In this document: positions 1 through 9,049 of the stretch, piece by piece
Layout: each line of letters starts with the position of its first letter
Position numbering within the stretch: the stretch's first letter is position 1
NCBI GenBank assembly: GCA_002394185.1
Contig: DGTB01000085.1
Location: 1 to 45,730 of the forward strand
From: Bacteroidales bacterium UBA4347
GTDB taxonomy: Bacteria > Bacteroidota > Bacteroidia > Bacteroidales > P3
DNA length: 45,730 nt
Direction: 5' to 3'
Notes under the pieces: generated by a model
The model's database searches: none
What the model saw: the letters and a program-made list of their open reading frames with translations, nothing else
Told to the model about the DNA's origin: nothing
Program-made: the position numbers and the translations under genes

Positions 1-82
1 TATAAAAACAATATAAGATATGCCGTATTGAGTACCTATTATCCCCCTGTCGGGTGGGAGAGGGGGACTGTGGCAGAGGGAC

Positions 83-114
83 AAAAAAAATCCCCCGCCG
101 CTTGCGGCAGGGGA
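83..114 (-). terminator. Rho-independent terminator after the kal-like gene
   Basis: Minus strand: stem CCCCUGCCG/CGGCGGGGG (9 bp, one G-U), loop CAAG, then A plus U8. It lies about 35 nt past the stop of 149..541. Confidence 0.6.
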
Positions 115-148
115 CTCCAACAAAAAAATCAAATGAAAAGTTCTGTTT

Positions 149-541
149 TTACTTGTTGTAGCGCTGGCACTCCTTGGGGGTGACGCAGGTGCCGGTGGCG
201 CGGGCCACGAGGATGCGCTCCTCGAGCACCTCGGCGGCGCTGGCGCTGATTTCGGGCAGGGTGCGGATAACCTTGTAAGCCTCGAACTTCATCTTGCGGC
301 TGGTGTTGCCGACGTGGGTGATTTCGCCGTAGGCCTCGATGTAGTCGCCGGCGTAGACGGGGGCCTTGAACTCGACCATGTCGTAGGCGCAGAAGAGGCC
401 TTCGTCGCCGTCCTGCTTGATGAGGAGTTCGGTGGCGACATCGCCGAAGAGGTGGACCATGTGGGCGCCGTCGACGAGGTTGCCGCCGTAGTGGGCGTCC
501 TTGGCGCTCATGCGAACGCGGAGCATAGAAGTAACTGCCAT
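149..541 (-). CDS. kal: 3-aminobutyryl-CoA ammonia-lyase-like hot-dog fold protein (lysine fermentation)
   Basis: 130-aa [24 protein letters not shown]...[10 protein letters not shown]...[12 protein letters not shown]...GNTSRKM matches my recollection of Kal from lysine-to-butyrate clusters. Recalled similarity only, no search run. Confidence 0.7.
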   Translation of the reverse strand: MAVTSMLRVRMSAKDAHYGGNLVDGAHMVHLFGDVATELLIKQDGDEGLFCAYDMVEFKAPVYAGDYIEAYGEITHVGNTSRKMKFEAYKVIRTLPEISASAAEVLEERILVARATGTCVTPKECQRYNK

Positions 542-595
542 AATTTTTTCTGTTTTAATTGTTTATATATTTTTGTTTAATTACTGATTTCCAAT

Positions 596-630
596 CCATA
601 ACCCATAACCCATAACCCATAACCATTAAG
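596..630 (-). repeat. Heptamer array, 4x CCATAAC plus CATTAAG (minus strand GGTTATG)
   Basis: Direct reading: ccataac x4 then cattaag, 35 nt. Sits between the -7 box at 643..650 and the kal start at 541, so it is predicted to be in the 5' leader. Confidence 0.9.
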
Positions 631-642
631 GTTTCACGCTTG

Positions 643-650
643 CAAAGATA
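643..650 (-). promoter_or_regulatory. Bacteroidota -7 promoter box TAtcTTTG
   Basis: Reverse complement of caaagata is TATCTTTG, matching the TAnnTTTG consensus, about 100 nt upstream of the kal start. Confidence 0.45.
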
Positions 651-717
651 CACAAATCCAGCCATCTGGCCAAATCTTTTTTTTTACCCTGTCGCCAAAA
701 CGGCGTATCTGATGAAT

Positions 718-1416
718 CTATAGGACACCCATAAACTTGCGGTCGTAGGAGCGACGGGCGTGGGGATAGACTGATGTGTGGGTGCCGGTGTGGATGGTGT
801 CGTAGCCATGAGTGTCGAGGAAGGAGAAAAGTTCTTCGTGAGTAGCAAAACGGGCATCGAACCAACCGTCGAACCAATCACCAAAGGTGGTGTTTTCCTG
901 TATGGTGTCAGCCAGTATCTCCTTTGGTATGGTGATGTCATAGGTGCTACTGCCGTAGTCGTTCCCGTCCTTATAGTCGGACAGGCTGGTACCGCTGCGC
1001 ACAATGGCGAGTTCCGTATGATGGATGGTGTCGATGCTGATATAGCCCCAATCGCGCAGCTGCAAAAGGGCGGCGGCGCTGTTGGCCTCCCGGTCACTGC
1101 CGGGATGATGGATCATCTCGAGGCTGAGCACGTAGTCGCCTTTGAAGAGGGCTGGTTTATCCTTTTTGACCCAGCCTTCGGACATCATCTGCAGAAACAG
1201 AGCCAGACCCGTCACATCGCCGTACATGCGAACCGTGTCGCCGAGGGAGGTGTCTTTGTGGAAGGCATCGGCTTGCTGCTGGGAAACGAGGCGCTTGCCA
1301 TCGACGGTGAGGGTGTAGGCCTCGGTCTCCACATGGTAGTGGGTGGTCCTGTTCTCGCGAAAACAGGATGTAAGCAGCAACGCCATTGTACAAAGCATCA
1401 TCAGGGTCTTTGGCAT
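718..1416 (-). CDS. Lipoprotein of unknown function
   Basis: 232-aa ORF with signal peptide and lipobox (MALLLTSC). No recognisable domain. Confidence 0.7.
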   Translation of the reverse strand: MPKTLMMLCTMALLLTSCFRENRTTHYHVETEAYTLTVDGKRLVSQQQADAFHKDTSLGDTVRMYGDVTGLALFLQMMSEGWVKKDKPALFKGDYVLSLEMIHHPGSDREANSAAALLQLRDWGYISIDTIHHTELAIVRSGTSLSDYKDGNDYGSSTYDITIPKEILADTIQENTTFGDWFDGWFDARFATHEELFSFLDTHGYDTIHTGTHTSVYPHARRSYDRKFMGVL

Positions 1417-1430
1417 GATGTTTTTTTATT

Positions 1431-1474
1431 AAAAAAAAACGGGACTGCTACCAGCGTTTTGACAGCAATCCCGT
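1431..1474 (-). terminator. Rho-independent terminator after the CoA-transferase gene
   Basis: Minus strand: 11-bp stem ACGGGAUUGCU/AGCAGUCCCGU (one G-U) followed by U9. Confidence 0.6.
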
Positions 1475-1499
1475 TTTGACGCATTAACGCATTGGCGCG

Positions 1500-2147
1500 T
1501 TACTTCTTGATGATGTAGTCGACGAAGATGCCGGGGGTCTTGACGTTCTCCGGGGCGATGCTGCCGGTGGCAACGATCTCCTGGGGTTCGACGATGACGG
1601 TGTCGGCGGCGGTGGCCATCATGGGGCTGAAGTTCTGGCTGGTGCCCTTGTAGACCAGGTTGCCTTCCTCGTCGCTGATGTTGGCGCCAATGATGGCGAC
1701 GTCGGCACGGACGGGCTTCTCGAGGAGATACTCCTTGCCGTCGACGGTGATTTTCTGCTTGCCGTTCTCAACGACGGTGCCGAGACCCGTCTGGGTCAGC
1801 ACGCCACCGAGACCTGCGCCGGCGGCGCGGATCTGCTCGGCCAGGGTGCCCTGGGGCTGGAGAGTGACCTTCAGCTCGCCGGCGTTCATCTGGTCGATGG
1901 TGTTGTTGTTGGTGCCGATATGGGTGGCGATGAGGGCCTTCACCTGGTGGTTGGTGATGAGCTTGCCGACGCCCACTTCGGGATAGGCGGTATCGTTGCA
2001 GATGATGGTGAGGTCTTTCACATTGCGGGCAACGAGTTCGTCGATGAGGGCGATGGGGTTGCCTACGCCAAGAAATCCTCCGACCATTACGGTCATGCCG
2101 TCGTGAATTTTGTCGGCGGCCTCTTTGATAGTGACAAATTTGTTCAT
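1500..2147 (-). CDS. atoD: 3-oxoacid/acetoacetate CoA-transferase subunit A
   Basis: MNKFVTIKEAADKIHDGMTVMVGGFLGVGNP...LQPQGTLAEQIRAAGAGLGGVLT is typical of the alpha subunit. The tracked ORF (1500..2897) has a low-complexity N-terminal extension, so I start at the ATG at 2147. Confidence 0.85.
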   Translation of the reverse strand: MNKFVTIKEAADKIHDGMTVMVGGFLGVGNPIALIDELVARNVKDLTIICNDTAYPEVGVGKLITNHQVKALIATHIGTNNNTIDQMNAGELKVTLQPQGTLAEQIRAAGAGLGGVLTQTGLGTVVENGKQKITVDGKEYLLEKPVRADVAIIGANISDEEGNLVYKGTSQNFSPMMATAADTVIVEPQEIVATGSIAPENVKTPGIFVDYIIKK

Positions 2148-2192
2148 GATATATACTATTTTACTTATTGTTGCGTTATCTATTTCAAAATG

Positions 2193-2200
2193 CAAATATA
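2193..2200 (-). promoter_or_regulatory. -7 box TAtaTTTG for atoD
   Basis: Reverse complement of caaatata is TATATTTG, about 45 nt upstream of the ATG at 2147. Confidence 0.45.
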
Positions 2201-2253
2201 CTACATTTTTTGCAATCCGAAAAAAAAAATTTGCACGAATGCCGAAATATGAG

Positions 2254-2261
2254 TACTTTTG
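2254..2261 (+). promoter_or_regulatory. -7 box TActTTTG for the 2289 CDS
   Basis: TACTTTTG matches TAnnTTTG, 28 nt upstream of the ATG at 2289. Confidence 0.45.
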
Positions 2262-2288
2262 CACTTGAAAACTAACAAGAAAAAGAGA

Positions 2289-2924
2289 ATGAAAAAACTG
2301 ATTTTGGGGCTTGGTATAATGCTTTTTAGCACTGCCGCAATGGCCCAGGAATACATAGAACCGGTCGAAAAATGGAAAGTGGCCGAGGTGTGGGGCAACA
2401 ACTACCACGGGTGGTCGTTCCATCAGGACGTGGAGGTCGATTTCACCGTCGAAGGCCAGGATGGACGCTTCACTCCCACCGACGCCGAAATTGCCGATGC
2501 CGAGTACCTGGTGCAGAAGCGCATCGCCTACGAGAACCGCGACCACTACAACCAGGGCGGCATGTGCCCCATCATCGACGAGCACATGCGCAAGTACCGC
2601 CGCCAGTATGTGGGCTTCACCAACGACCGTGGCGACCACATCATCTGGCTCAGTGGCCTCTGGGACGAGAACATGACCGACGAGCAGCTGGCCTCCGACG
2701 TCATCCTCACCCGTGGCGGATGCGGCCGTTTCTGGCACATCAAGGTGAACCTCAACACCCGCAAGGTCTACGGCCTTGAGGTCAACGAGGACGGCGACGT
2801 GCAGATTGTCCCCCGTGTCAAGAAGCCGCAGCCCCGCATCAGCAAGTCCAAACCCCGCGACCGCAAGCAGAAGATCCGCAAGACCGGCATCATCCACTCC
2901 CCCGAAGAGAAAGTGTTCAACTAA
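2289..2924 (+). CDS. Secreted hypothetical protein with a basic C-terminal tail
   Basis: Signal peptide MKKLILGLGIMLFSTAAMAQ. C-terminus is K/R/P-rich (KKPQPRISKSKPRDRKQKIRK). An earlier ATG at 2259 is possible. Confidence 0.6.
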   Translation: MKKLILGLGIMLFSTAAMAQEYIEPVEKWKVAEVWGNNYHGWSFHQDVEVDFTVEGQDGRFTPTDAEIADAEYLVQKRIAYENRDHYNQGGMCPIIDEHMRKYRRQYVGFTNDRGDHIIWLSGLWDENMTDEQLASDVILTRGGCGRFWHIKVNLNTRKVYGLEVNEDGDVQIVPRVKKPQPRISKSKPRDRKQKIRKTGIIHSPEEKVFN

Positions 2925-3353
2925 ATGGAACTCAAGCCTCTCATCCTGAAATTCCTCAAGTTTGGCATTGTCGGCGCCAGCGGTGCCGTGGTCGACTTTG
3001 GCATCACGGCCCTCTGCAAGGGCATCCTCGGCATGCCGGACCTGCTGGCCAACGCCATCGGATTCACCCTCGCCGCCACCAGCAACTACTTCCTCAACCG
3101 TGTGTGGACCTGGAAGAGCACCTCCAAGGAGGTAGGCATCGAATACGCCAAATTCTTCGTTGTCTCCCTTATCGGTCTGGGGCTCAATTCACTCATCGTT
3201 TTCTTGCTGAAAGACATAAGCATTGTCCCGCGTTTTGTCGAAACCACCCTCGACTGGGACTTCTGGGTTGCCAAAATCATAGCCACAGCCGTCGTGATGG
3301 TGTGGAACTTCGTGGCCAACAACTTCTTCACCTTCCGGCAAAATAGAAAATAA
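2925..3353 (+). CDS. GtrA family membrane protein
   Basis: 142 aa with four hydrophobic segments. FLKFGIVGASGAVVDFG...NYFLNRVWTW is typical of GtrA-like proteins. The start abuts the previous stop. Confidence 0.75.
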   Translation: MELKPLILKFLKFGIVGASGAVVDFGITALCKGILGMPDLLANAIGFTLAATSNYFLNRVWTWKSTSKEVGIEYAKFFVVSLIGLGLNSLIVFLLKDISIVPRFVETTLDWDFWVAKIIATAVVMVWNFVANNFFTFRQNRK

Positions 3354-3376
3354 ACAATCAAAAACAATAAATCATC

Positions 3377-4579
3377 ATGGAAATCCTGTCGAATAGAATC
3401 CTCAATATGGCCGAGAGCGAGACTCTCGCCATGACCGCCAAGGCTCGCGAACTCAAGGCCCAGGGCAAAGACGTCATCAGCCTCTCCATTGGCGAACCCG
3501 ACTTCAACACCCCCGAAGTCGTCAAGGAAGCCGCCAAGAAAGCTATCGACGACAACTTCACCCATTATCCCCCCGTGCCCGGCTACCCCGACCTGCGCGA
3601 GGCCATCTGCACCAAGCTGCGTCGCGACAACGGCCTGGAGTACAAACCCGAGCAGATTGTCGTCAGCACCGGTGCCAAGCAGAGCCTGTTCCAGGTGGTC
3701 CAGTGCCTCATCAACCCCGGCGACGAGGTCATCATCCCCACCCCCTTCTGGGTCTCCTACAAGGAGTTCGTCCGCCTGGCCGAGGGCAAATGCGTCTTTG
3801 TGAAGACCAAACTCGAGAATGACTTCAAGGTGACGCCTGAGCAGCTCGAGGCCGCCATCACCCCCCGCACCAAGCTCATCATGTTCTCCTCGCCCAGCAA
3901 CCCCACCGGCATGCTCTACACCAAGGAAGAACTGAAAGGCATCGCCGACGTGGTGGCCAAGCACGAGAACCTCTTCGTCATGGCCGACGAAATCTACGAG
4001 CACATCAACTTCGTGGGCAAGCACGAGAGCATCGCCCAGTTCCCCGAGGTGAAGGAGCGCGTCATCACCGTCAACGGCGTTGCCAAGGGCTTCGCCATGA
4101 CCGGCTGGCGTATCGGCTTCATCGCCGCCCCCACGGTTATCGCCAAGGCCGCCAACAAACTCCAGGGCCAGGTGACCAGCGCCACCTGCTCCATCGCCCA
4201 GAAGGCCACCGTCTGCGCCATGCTCATGGACCCCAAGACCTCGAAGGACATCATCGACATGCGCAACATCTTCCAGCAGCGCCGCGACATGGTCTACAAG
4301 CTCCTCTGCGACATCCCCGGCCTCAAGGTTCGCCTGCCCCAGGGTGCTTTCTACTTCTTCCCCGACGTCAGCGCCTACTACGGCAAGTCGTTCAACGGCA
4401 AGAAGATTGAGAACAGCACCGACATGGCCTTCTACCTGCTCAACGAGGCCAACGTGGCCACCGTCATGGGCTCCGCCTTCGGCGACGACAGCTGCATCCG
4501 CCTCTCCTACGCCACCAGCGAGGACCTCCTGCGCGAAGCCCTCCGCCGCATCAAAGAGGCCCTGGCCAAGCTGCAATAG
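3377..4579 (+). CDS. aspC: Aspartate (class I PLP-dependent) aminotransferase
   Basis: 400 aa with SSPSNPTG and the PLP-lysine region NGVAKGFAMTGWRIGF. Confidence 0.85.
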   Translation: MEILSNRILNMAESETLAMTAKARELKAQGKDVISLSIGEPDFNTPEVVKEAAKKAIDDNFTHYPPVPGYPDLREAICTKLRRDNGLEYKPEQIVVSTGAKQSLFQVVQCLINPGDEVIIPTPFWVSYKEFVRLAEGKCVFVKTKLENDFKVTPEQLEAAITPRTKLIMFSSPSNPTGMLYTKEELKGIADVVAKHENLFVMADEIYEHINFVGKHESIAQFPEVKERVITVNGVAKGFAMTGWRIGFIAAPTVIAKAANKLQGQVTSATCSIAQKATVCAMLMDPKTSKDIIDMRNIFQQRRDMVYKLLCDIPGLKVRLPQGAFYFFPDVSAYYGKSFNGKKIENSTDMAFYLLNEANVATVMGSAFGDDSCIRLSYATSEDLLREALRRIKEALAKLQ

Positions 4580-4601
4580 TCCTCAGCAGTATTATACAAA
4601 C

Positions 4602-4638
4602 GGGGCTGCACAATCAACTGTGCAGCCCCGCTTTTTTG
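4602..4638 (+). terminator. Rho-independent terminator after aspC
   Basis: 10-bp stem GGGGCTGCAC/GTGCAGCCCC, 8-nt loop, then GCTTTTTT. Confidence 0.7.
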
Positions 4639-4654
4639 CTTTTAGTCGGTGGCG

Positions 4655-5089
4655 TCAACCATGGCGCGCCTGCTGCACCCGCTCGTACAGCTCGGGAAAA
4701 CGCTTCTCCAGCGACACTGGACGGCCCTGCTCAAGGAAGCAGTGGGTGCTGGTGGCGGTGCACACCGTGCGGCCGCCAACGATCATCGTGTAGGCAAAGG
4801 TAATCTTCAACGGTGTGGTTTCGGCCACTTTGACCACAATCTCGATTACGTCCTTGAAGGTCGACGGATGCTTGTAGCGGCAGTCGACGGCCACCACGGG
4901 CGACACCACGCCCTCGGCCTCCATGCGGTCGAACCCGTAGCCCAACTGGTCCATCCAGTCCACACGGGCCTCTTCCATGAAGCGGATGTAGTTGCTGTGA
5001 TGAGTGATGCCCATGCGGTCGCACTCATAGTATTTCACTTCGTGACGGTAAGGTTTCACTTCCATAACGTTACATTGTTGCTTTGACAA
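4655..5089 (-). CDS. Acyl-CoA thioesterase, 4HBT/YbgC-like hot-dog fold
   Basis: VKYYECDRMGITHHSNYIRFMEEARVDWMDQLG is typical of this family. An alternative start at 5065 (MEVKP) is possible. Confidence 0.75.
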   Translation of the reverse strand: MSKQQCNVMEVKPYRHEVKYYECDRMGITHHSNYIRFMEEARVDWMDQLGYGFDRMEAEGVVSPVVAVDCRYKHPSTFKDVIEIVVKVAETTPLKITFAYTMIVGGRTVCTATSTHCFLEQGRPVSLEKRFPELYERVQQARHG

Positions 5090-5148
5090 GGCAGAAGGCC
5101 GCGGCTTTCGCTGCGGCCCTGCTTGTATAACCCTTAATCAAACTTGGT

Positions 5149-6309
5149 TCAATCGGCCTCGTAGATGAGGAGCTGACCGTCGCTCCAGAGGAAGAGCAGG
5201 GGGTCTTTGTCGTGCTTCTTGCTGATCCAGCATCCGCCGCTCTCGGCATCGATGACGAGGTTGCAGTATTTGCGGTGGATCTTCTGCTCGGCAATGAGGT
5301 GGTCTTCCTTGTCGTAGACCTGCAGGTAGGTATCACCGCCGTCGCGGACGATGGCATACATGATGTCGCCGCTGATGCCGTAGGTAATCATATCGACATT
5401 GTAGGTATCCTGGACGTACTGGCGCACCACGACGACATCGGTGACATGGTAGTCATACCAGTAGCTGTTGCAGTAGAGCCAGAAGCCGGGCCAGTACCAA
5501 GGACGGGGAATCAGGGGTTCCCAGAAGATGGGGTGGCAGTGGACCACATAGCCGTGCCAGGGGTGATAGAAGTAGGGAGCGGGATGGATGGGACGGCTGC
5601 TGGGAGGCAGGGGGCCGGGATGGCCGGGGCGGGCATAGCCAGCGCTACGAGCACTGGGATTTCCACTGGGGCGCACATTGCCTGCAGGAGCGCCGCCGGG
5701 ACGAGCACTACCAACATGTGCACCAGAACGTGTAGCAGAAGCATCTCCACGGCCTACACCACCACGGGCGGAGGAAGGACGTCCGGAAGAAGTACGGGAA
5801 TTTGTACCTACACCACTACGTGAGCTCGAGGTTCTGTCGAAGGAACCGCGACCGGCAGGAGTGGCACCGCTACGGCTGGGGGTGGCGGAGCTACTGCGGC
5901 TTGGAGTGCCGTAAGACCCTCGCGAGGATCGGATATTGCTGCGCGTGGCCGAGCTACGACTCGGAGTCGAAGTGCTGCGACTTGGGCTGCTAAAAGAGCT
6001 TCGGCTGGAGCTACTGCTGCGACTCGGGCTGCTAAAAGAGCTTCGGCTGGAGCTACTGCTGCGACTCGGGCTACTGAAAGAGCTTCGGCTGGAACTGCTA
6101 CGACTGCTTCCGCTGAAAGAGCTGCGACTGCTCGAACCGCTGAAAGAGCTGCGACTACTTGAGCTGGGACTCGACGAGCGACTTACAGATGCTGAACTGT
6201 GGCCGCCACCACTGCGGCTACCACCGCCACCGCCTCTTTGGGCCATCGCCGGCGTGAAGCTCAGTGCTAAGCCTACCATTGCCAGTGCAATCAATTTCGT
6301 GGTTTTCAT
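5149..6309 (-). CDS. Secreted Ser/Arg/Gly-rich repeat protein with an aromatic-rich C-terminal domain
   Basis: Signal peptide MKTTKLIALAMVGLALSFTPAMAQ, then about 230 aa of S/R/G low complexity with SSRSSFS(S/G)PSRS repeats, then a W/Y/H/P-rich segment and a globular tail. Start chosen at the ATG at 6309. Confidence 0.7.
   Translation of the reverse strand: MKTTKLIALAMVGLALSFTPAMAQRGGGGGSRSGGGHSSASVSRSSSPSSSSRSSFSGSSSRSSFSGSSRSSSSRSSFSSPSRSSSSSRSSFSSPSRSSSSSRSSFSSPSRSTSTPSRSSATRSNIRSSRGSYGTPSRSSSATPSRSGATPAGRGSFDRTSSSRSGVGTNSRTSSGRPSSARGGVGRGDASATRSGAHVGSARPGGAPAGNVRPSGNPSARSAGYARPGHPGPLPPSSRPIHPAPYFYHPWHGYVVHCHPIFWEPLIPRPWYWPGFWLYCNSYWYDYHVTDVVVVRQYVQDTYNVDMITYGISGDIMYAIVRDGGDTYLQVYDKEDHLIAEQKIHRKYCNLVIDAESGGCWISKKHDKDPLLFLWSDGQLLIYEAD
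5984..6163. repeat. Tandem coding repeats: 3 x 42 bp then 2 x 27 bp
   Basis: Unit gggctgctaaaagagcttcggctggagctactgctgcgactc starts at 5984, 6026 and 6068 (third copy diverged). Unit ccgctgaaagagctgcgact... starts at 6110 and 6137. Confidence 0.85.
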
Positions 6310-6367
6310 ATTGATACTCCTTTCTTTGTTGGTTTTTTTCCTTGTTTGTTTCTGATGCAAAAATAGA

Positions 6368-6395
6368 TAAAAAAACCGAGGAAAATTCCTCGGTC
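6368..6395 (-). terminator. Rho-independent terminator after metG
   Basis: 8-bp stem ACCGAGGA/TCCTCGGT with a 4-nt loop, followed on the minus strand by a U run. Confidence 0.65.
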
Positions 6396-6423
6396 GTTAC
6401 ATATTTTTCCAAAAAAGGATTTA

Positions 6424-8484
6424 TCAGCCGACACTGCACCCGGGGGTGACGATGTCGCTGGGGGTGAGGAGCACCAGGCGGCCGTCCTTGTCCTCGGCGC
6501 TGAGAATCATGCCCTGGCTTTCGACGCCTTTGAGTTTGCGCGGAGGGAAGTTGGCGATGAAGCACACCTGCTTGCCAACCAGTTTCTCGGGCTCGGGGTA
6601 GAACTTGGCGATGCCGCTGACGATGGTGCGTGTGCCCATGCCGTCCTCGAGCTTGAACTGGAGGAGTTTGTCGGCCTTGGGTACCTTGGTACACTCGAGG
6701 ATGGTGCCTACGCGGATGTCCATGCGGCCGAAGTCGTCGATGGTGACGGCTGACTTGACCTCGGCGGGTTTCCATGCGTTGAGCTCGTTTTGGGCCTTGG
6801 TGGCTTGCAACTTATCGACTTGAGCCTGGATGGTCTCGTCGCCGATTTGCTCGAAGAGCAGCTCGGGCTGGTCAATCTGGTGGCCTTCCTGCAGCAGGTC
6901 GGCACGTCCGGCATCCTTCCATCCCATGGCGGGGAGGTTCATGATGCGGTGCATCTTGTCGGCCGTGAAGGGCAGGAAGGGGGCGCAGAGGATGGCCAGG
7001 TTGGCGCAGATTTGCAGCGAGAGGTTCATCACCGTGGCGGTGAGCTCGGGGTCGGTCTTGACGAGCTTCCACGGCTCGCGGTCGGTGAGGTACTTATTGC
7101 CCAGGCGTGCCAAGTTCATCATTTCGGCGAGGGCCTCGCGGAAGCGGTAGGTCTCGATGCTGCGGCCGATGCGCTCGGGGAAGGTAGCAAGTTCTTTGAC
7201 CACCTCTTCTTCCTGGGCCGACAATTTGCCCATGGCAGGCACCTTGCCGCCGTAGAACTTGTGTGTCAGCACGAGGGTGCGGTTGACGAAGTTGCCGAGG
7301 ATGGCCACCAACTCGGAGTTGTTCTTAAGCTGGAAGTCCTTCCAGGTGAAGTCGTTGTCCTTGGTCTCCGGGGCGTTGGAGCAGAGGGTGTAGCGGAGCA
7401 CGTCCTGCTTGCCGGGGAAGTCCTTCAGGTACTCGTGCAGCCAGACGGCCCAGTTGCGTGAGGTGCTGATTTTGTCGCCCTCGAGGTTGAGGAACTCGTT
7501 GGCGGGCACGTTGGCGGGCAGGATGTAGGATCCGTCGGCGTGGAGCATGGAGGGGAAGATGATGCAATGGAAGACGATGTTGTCCTTGCCGATGAAATGC
7601 ACCAGCTTGGTGTCCTTGTCTTTCCACCATTTCTCCCAGTCGTCGCCCTTGAGCTGCTTGGTGAAGGAGATGTAGCCGATGGGGGCGTCGAACCATACGT
7701 AGAGCACCTTGCCATCGGCACCCTCGACGGGCACCTTGACGCCCCAGTCGAGGTCGCGCGTGACGGCGCGGGGCTGCAATCCGGCGTCGATCCACGACTT
7801 GCATTGGCCGTAGACGTTGGTCTTCCAGTCGCCCTTATGGCCTTCGAGTATCCACTCGCGCAGCCAGGGTTCGTCCTGGTCCAGGGGGAGGAACCAATGC
7901 TTGGTGTCCTTCAGCACGGGTTTGGAGCCGCTGAGGGCGCTCTTGGGGTTGATGAGGTCGGTGGCGTTGAGGCTGGTGCCGCAGGCTTCGCACTGGTCGC
8001 CGTAGGCGTGCTCGTTGCCGCAATGGGGGCAGGTGCCGGTAATGTAGCGGTCGGCCAGGAACTGCTGGGCCTCTTCGTCGTAGTATTGCTTGGACACCTT
8101 CTCGACGAACTTGCCCTCTTCGTAGAGTTTCTTGAAGTAGGCGGCGGCGGTCTCGTGGTGCTCCTTGCTGGAGGTGCGGCTGTAGATGTCGAACGAGATG
8201 CCCAGTTCGGCGAAGCTGTCTTTGATAATCTTGTGGTAGCGGTCGACGATGTCCTGCGGCGTGACGCCCTCCTTGCGGGCCTTGATGGTGATGGGCACGC
8301 CGTGCTCGTCACTGCCGCCGATGAACATCACATCCTCGCCCTGGGCGCGGAGGTAGCGCACATAGACGTCGGCGGGCACGTAGACGCCGGCCAGGTGGCC
8401 GATGTGCACGGGACCGTTTGCGTAGGGCAGCGCCGAGGTAACGGTGTAGCGGCGGTATTGTTTGTCTTTGTCTGTGTAAACCAT
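6424..8484 (-). CDS. metG: Methionine--tRNA ligase
   Basis: 686 aa with the HIGH motif (PVHIGHLAG), zinc knuckle CPHCG...CEACG, KMSKS-like KISTSRNW, and a C-terminal tRNA-binding (EMAP-like) domain. Confidence 0.95.
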   Translation of the reverse strand: MVYTDKDKQYRRYTVTSALPYANGPVHIGHLAGVYVPADVYVRYLRAQGEDVMFIGGSDEHGVPITIKARKEGVTPQDIVDRYHKIIKDSFAELGISFDIYSRTSSKEHHETAAAYFKKLYEEGKFVEKVSKQYYDEEAQQFLADRYITGTCPHCGNEHAYGDQCEACGTSLNATDLINPKSALSGSKPVLKDTKHWFLPLDQDEPWLREWILEGHKGDWKTNVYGQCKSWIDAGLQPRAVTRDLDWGVKVPVEGADGKVLYVWFDAPIGYISFTKQLKGDDWEKWWKDKDTKLVHFIGKDNIVFHCIIFPSMLHADGSYILPANVPANEFLNLEGDKISTSRNWAVWLHEYLKDFPGKQDVLRYTLCSNAPETKDNDFTWKDFQLKNNSELVAILGNFVNRTLVLTHKFYGGKVPAMGKLSAQEEEVVKELATFPERIGRSIETYRFREALAEMMNLARLGNKYLTDREPWKLVKTDPELTATVMNLSLQICANLAILCAPFLPFTADKMHRIMNLPAMGWKDAGRADLLQEGHQIDQPELLFEQIGDETIQAQVDKLQATKAQNELNAWKPAEVKSAVTIDDFGRMDIRVGTILECTKVPKADKLLQFKLEDGMGTRTIVSGIAKFYPEPEKLVGKQVCFIANFPPRKLKGVESQGMILSAEDKDGRLVLLTPSDIVTPGCSVG

Positions 8485-8491
8485 TCTGATT

Positions 8492-8567
8492 GTGTTAATG
8501 TGTTAATTCGTTAATGTGTTAGTGGCTTGCGCAAGCATCACTCACGCATTTACACATTTACGCATTC
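8492..8567. repeat. Imperfect long hairpin built from GTTAATG/GTTAGTG-type words
   Basis: gtgttaatgtgttaattcgttaatgtgttagtg, then the perfect palindrome GCTTGCGCAAGC (8525..8536), then atcactcacgcatttacacatttacgcattc. Lies between the stop of 8558..8977 and the metG start. Confidence 0.75.
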
Positions 8568-8977
8568 TCCTCTTTCTTCTCTTCCTCGTCGAGGGTTATT
8601 TTCCCGGCGTTGAGAAGGATGTTGTACCAAGCGAAGAGCTTCTTGGCGTCGGAGGCGTGGACGCGGTCGCGGTCGTAGTCGGGCAGCACGGCCTCGAGGA
8701 GGGCGAAGAGCTCCTTGCCGTCGGCCTTCTTGGGGTCGAAAGCGGTGGCCTTGCCGTCGAGGTGCTTGAAGATGGCCTGCATGACGTCCTCCAGGGGGCG
8801 CTCATCGGTGTCGGTGAAAATACGGATCTCGCCCAGCGAGCTGATGCGGTCGTTCTTGAAGACGGGGTACTTCTGACCCGTGACGAGGTTTTTAACGATG
8901 GCACCGCCTTTGGTCTGCGACACCAGTTCGCTCAGGTCCGGCTTGCCGGAAATCACTAAGATGCTTGTCAAATCCAT
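8558..8977 (-). CDS. Conserved Bacteroidota protein (DUF5606-like)
   Basis: 139 aa. MDLTSILVISGKPDL...LVTGQKYPVF...IFT matches my recollection of DUF5606. Acidic C-terminal tail. Confidence 0.55.
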   Translation of the reverse strand: MDLTSILVISGKPDLSELVSQTKGGAIVKNLVTGQKYPVFKNDRISSLGEIRIFTDTDERPLEDVMQAIFKHLDGKATAFDPKKADGKELFALLEAVLPDYDRDRVHASDAKKLFAWYNILLNAGKITLDEEEKKEENA

Positions 8978-9049
8978 TCTAGTATCTTTTATTTAGTTTG
9001 TTTGTCCCCCAAAAACGCGCTTTTGCGATTAATATTTTTCAGGGGGTTG

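Noticed and set aside
2148-2897. N-terminal 250-aa extension of the CoA-transferase ORF in the track
   Set aside because: The extension is antisense to the 2289..2924 gene and crosses an AT-rich promoter region. The family-typical N-terminus starts at the ATG at 2147.
3086-4576. 496-aa minus-strand ORF antisense to the aminotransferase gene
   Set aside because: It has G/A/V/D/L/E/H-rich low-complexity composition, typical of stop-free antisense frames in GC-rich genes. The sense ORF has clear PLP-aminotransferase motifs.
5936-6355. 139-aa plus-strand ORF with LRLELLL repeats
   Set aside because: It is the antisense reading of the Ser/Arg repeat region. The minus-strand frame has a proper signal peptide and a long non-repetitive C-terminal domain.
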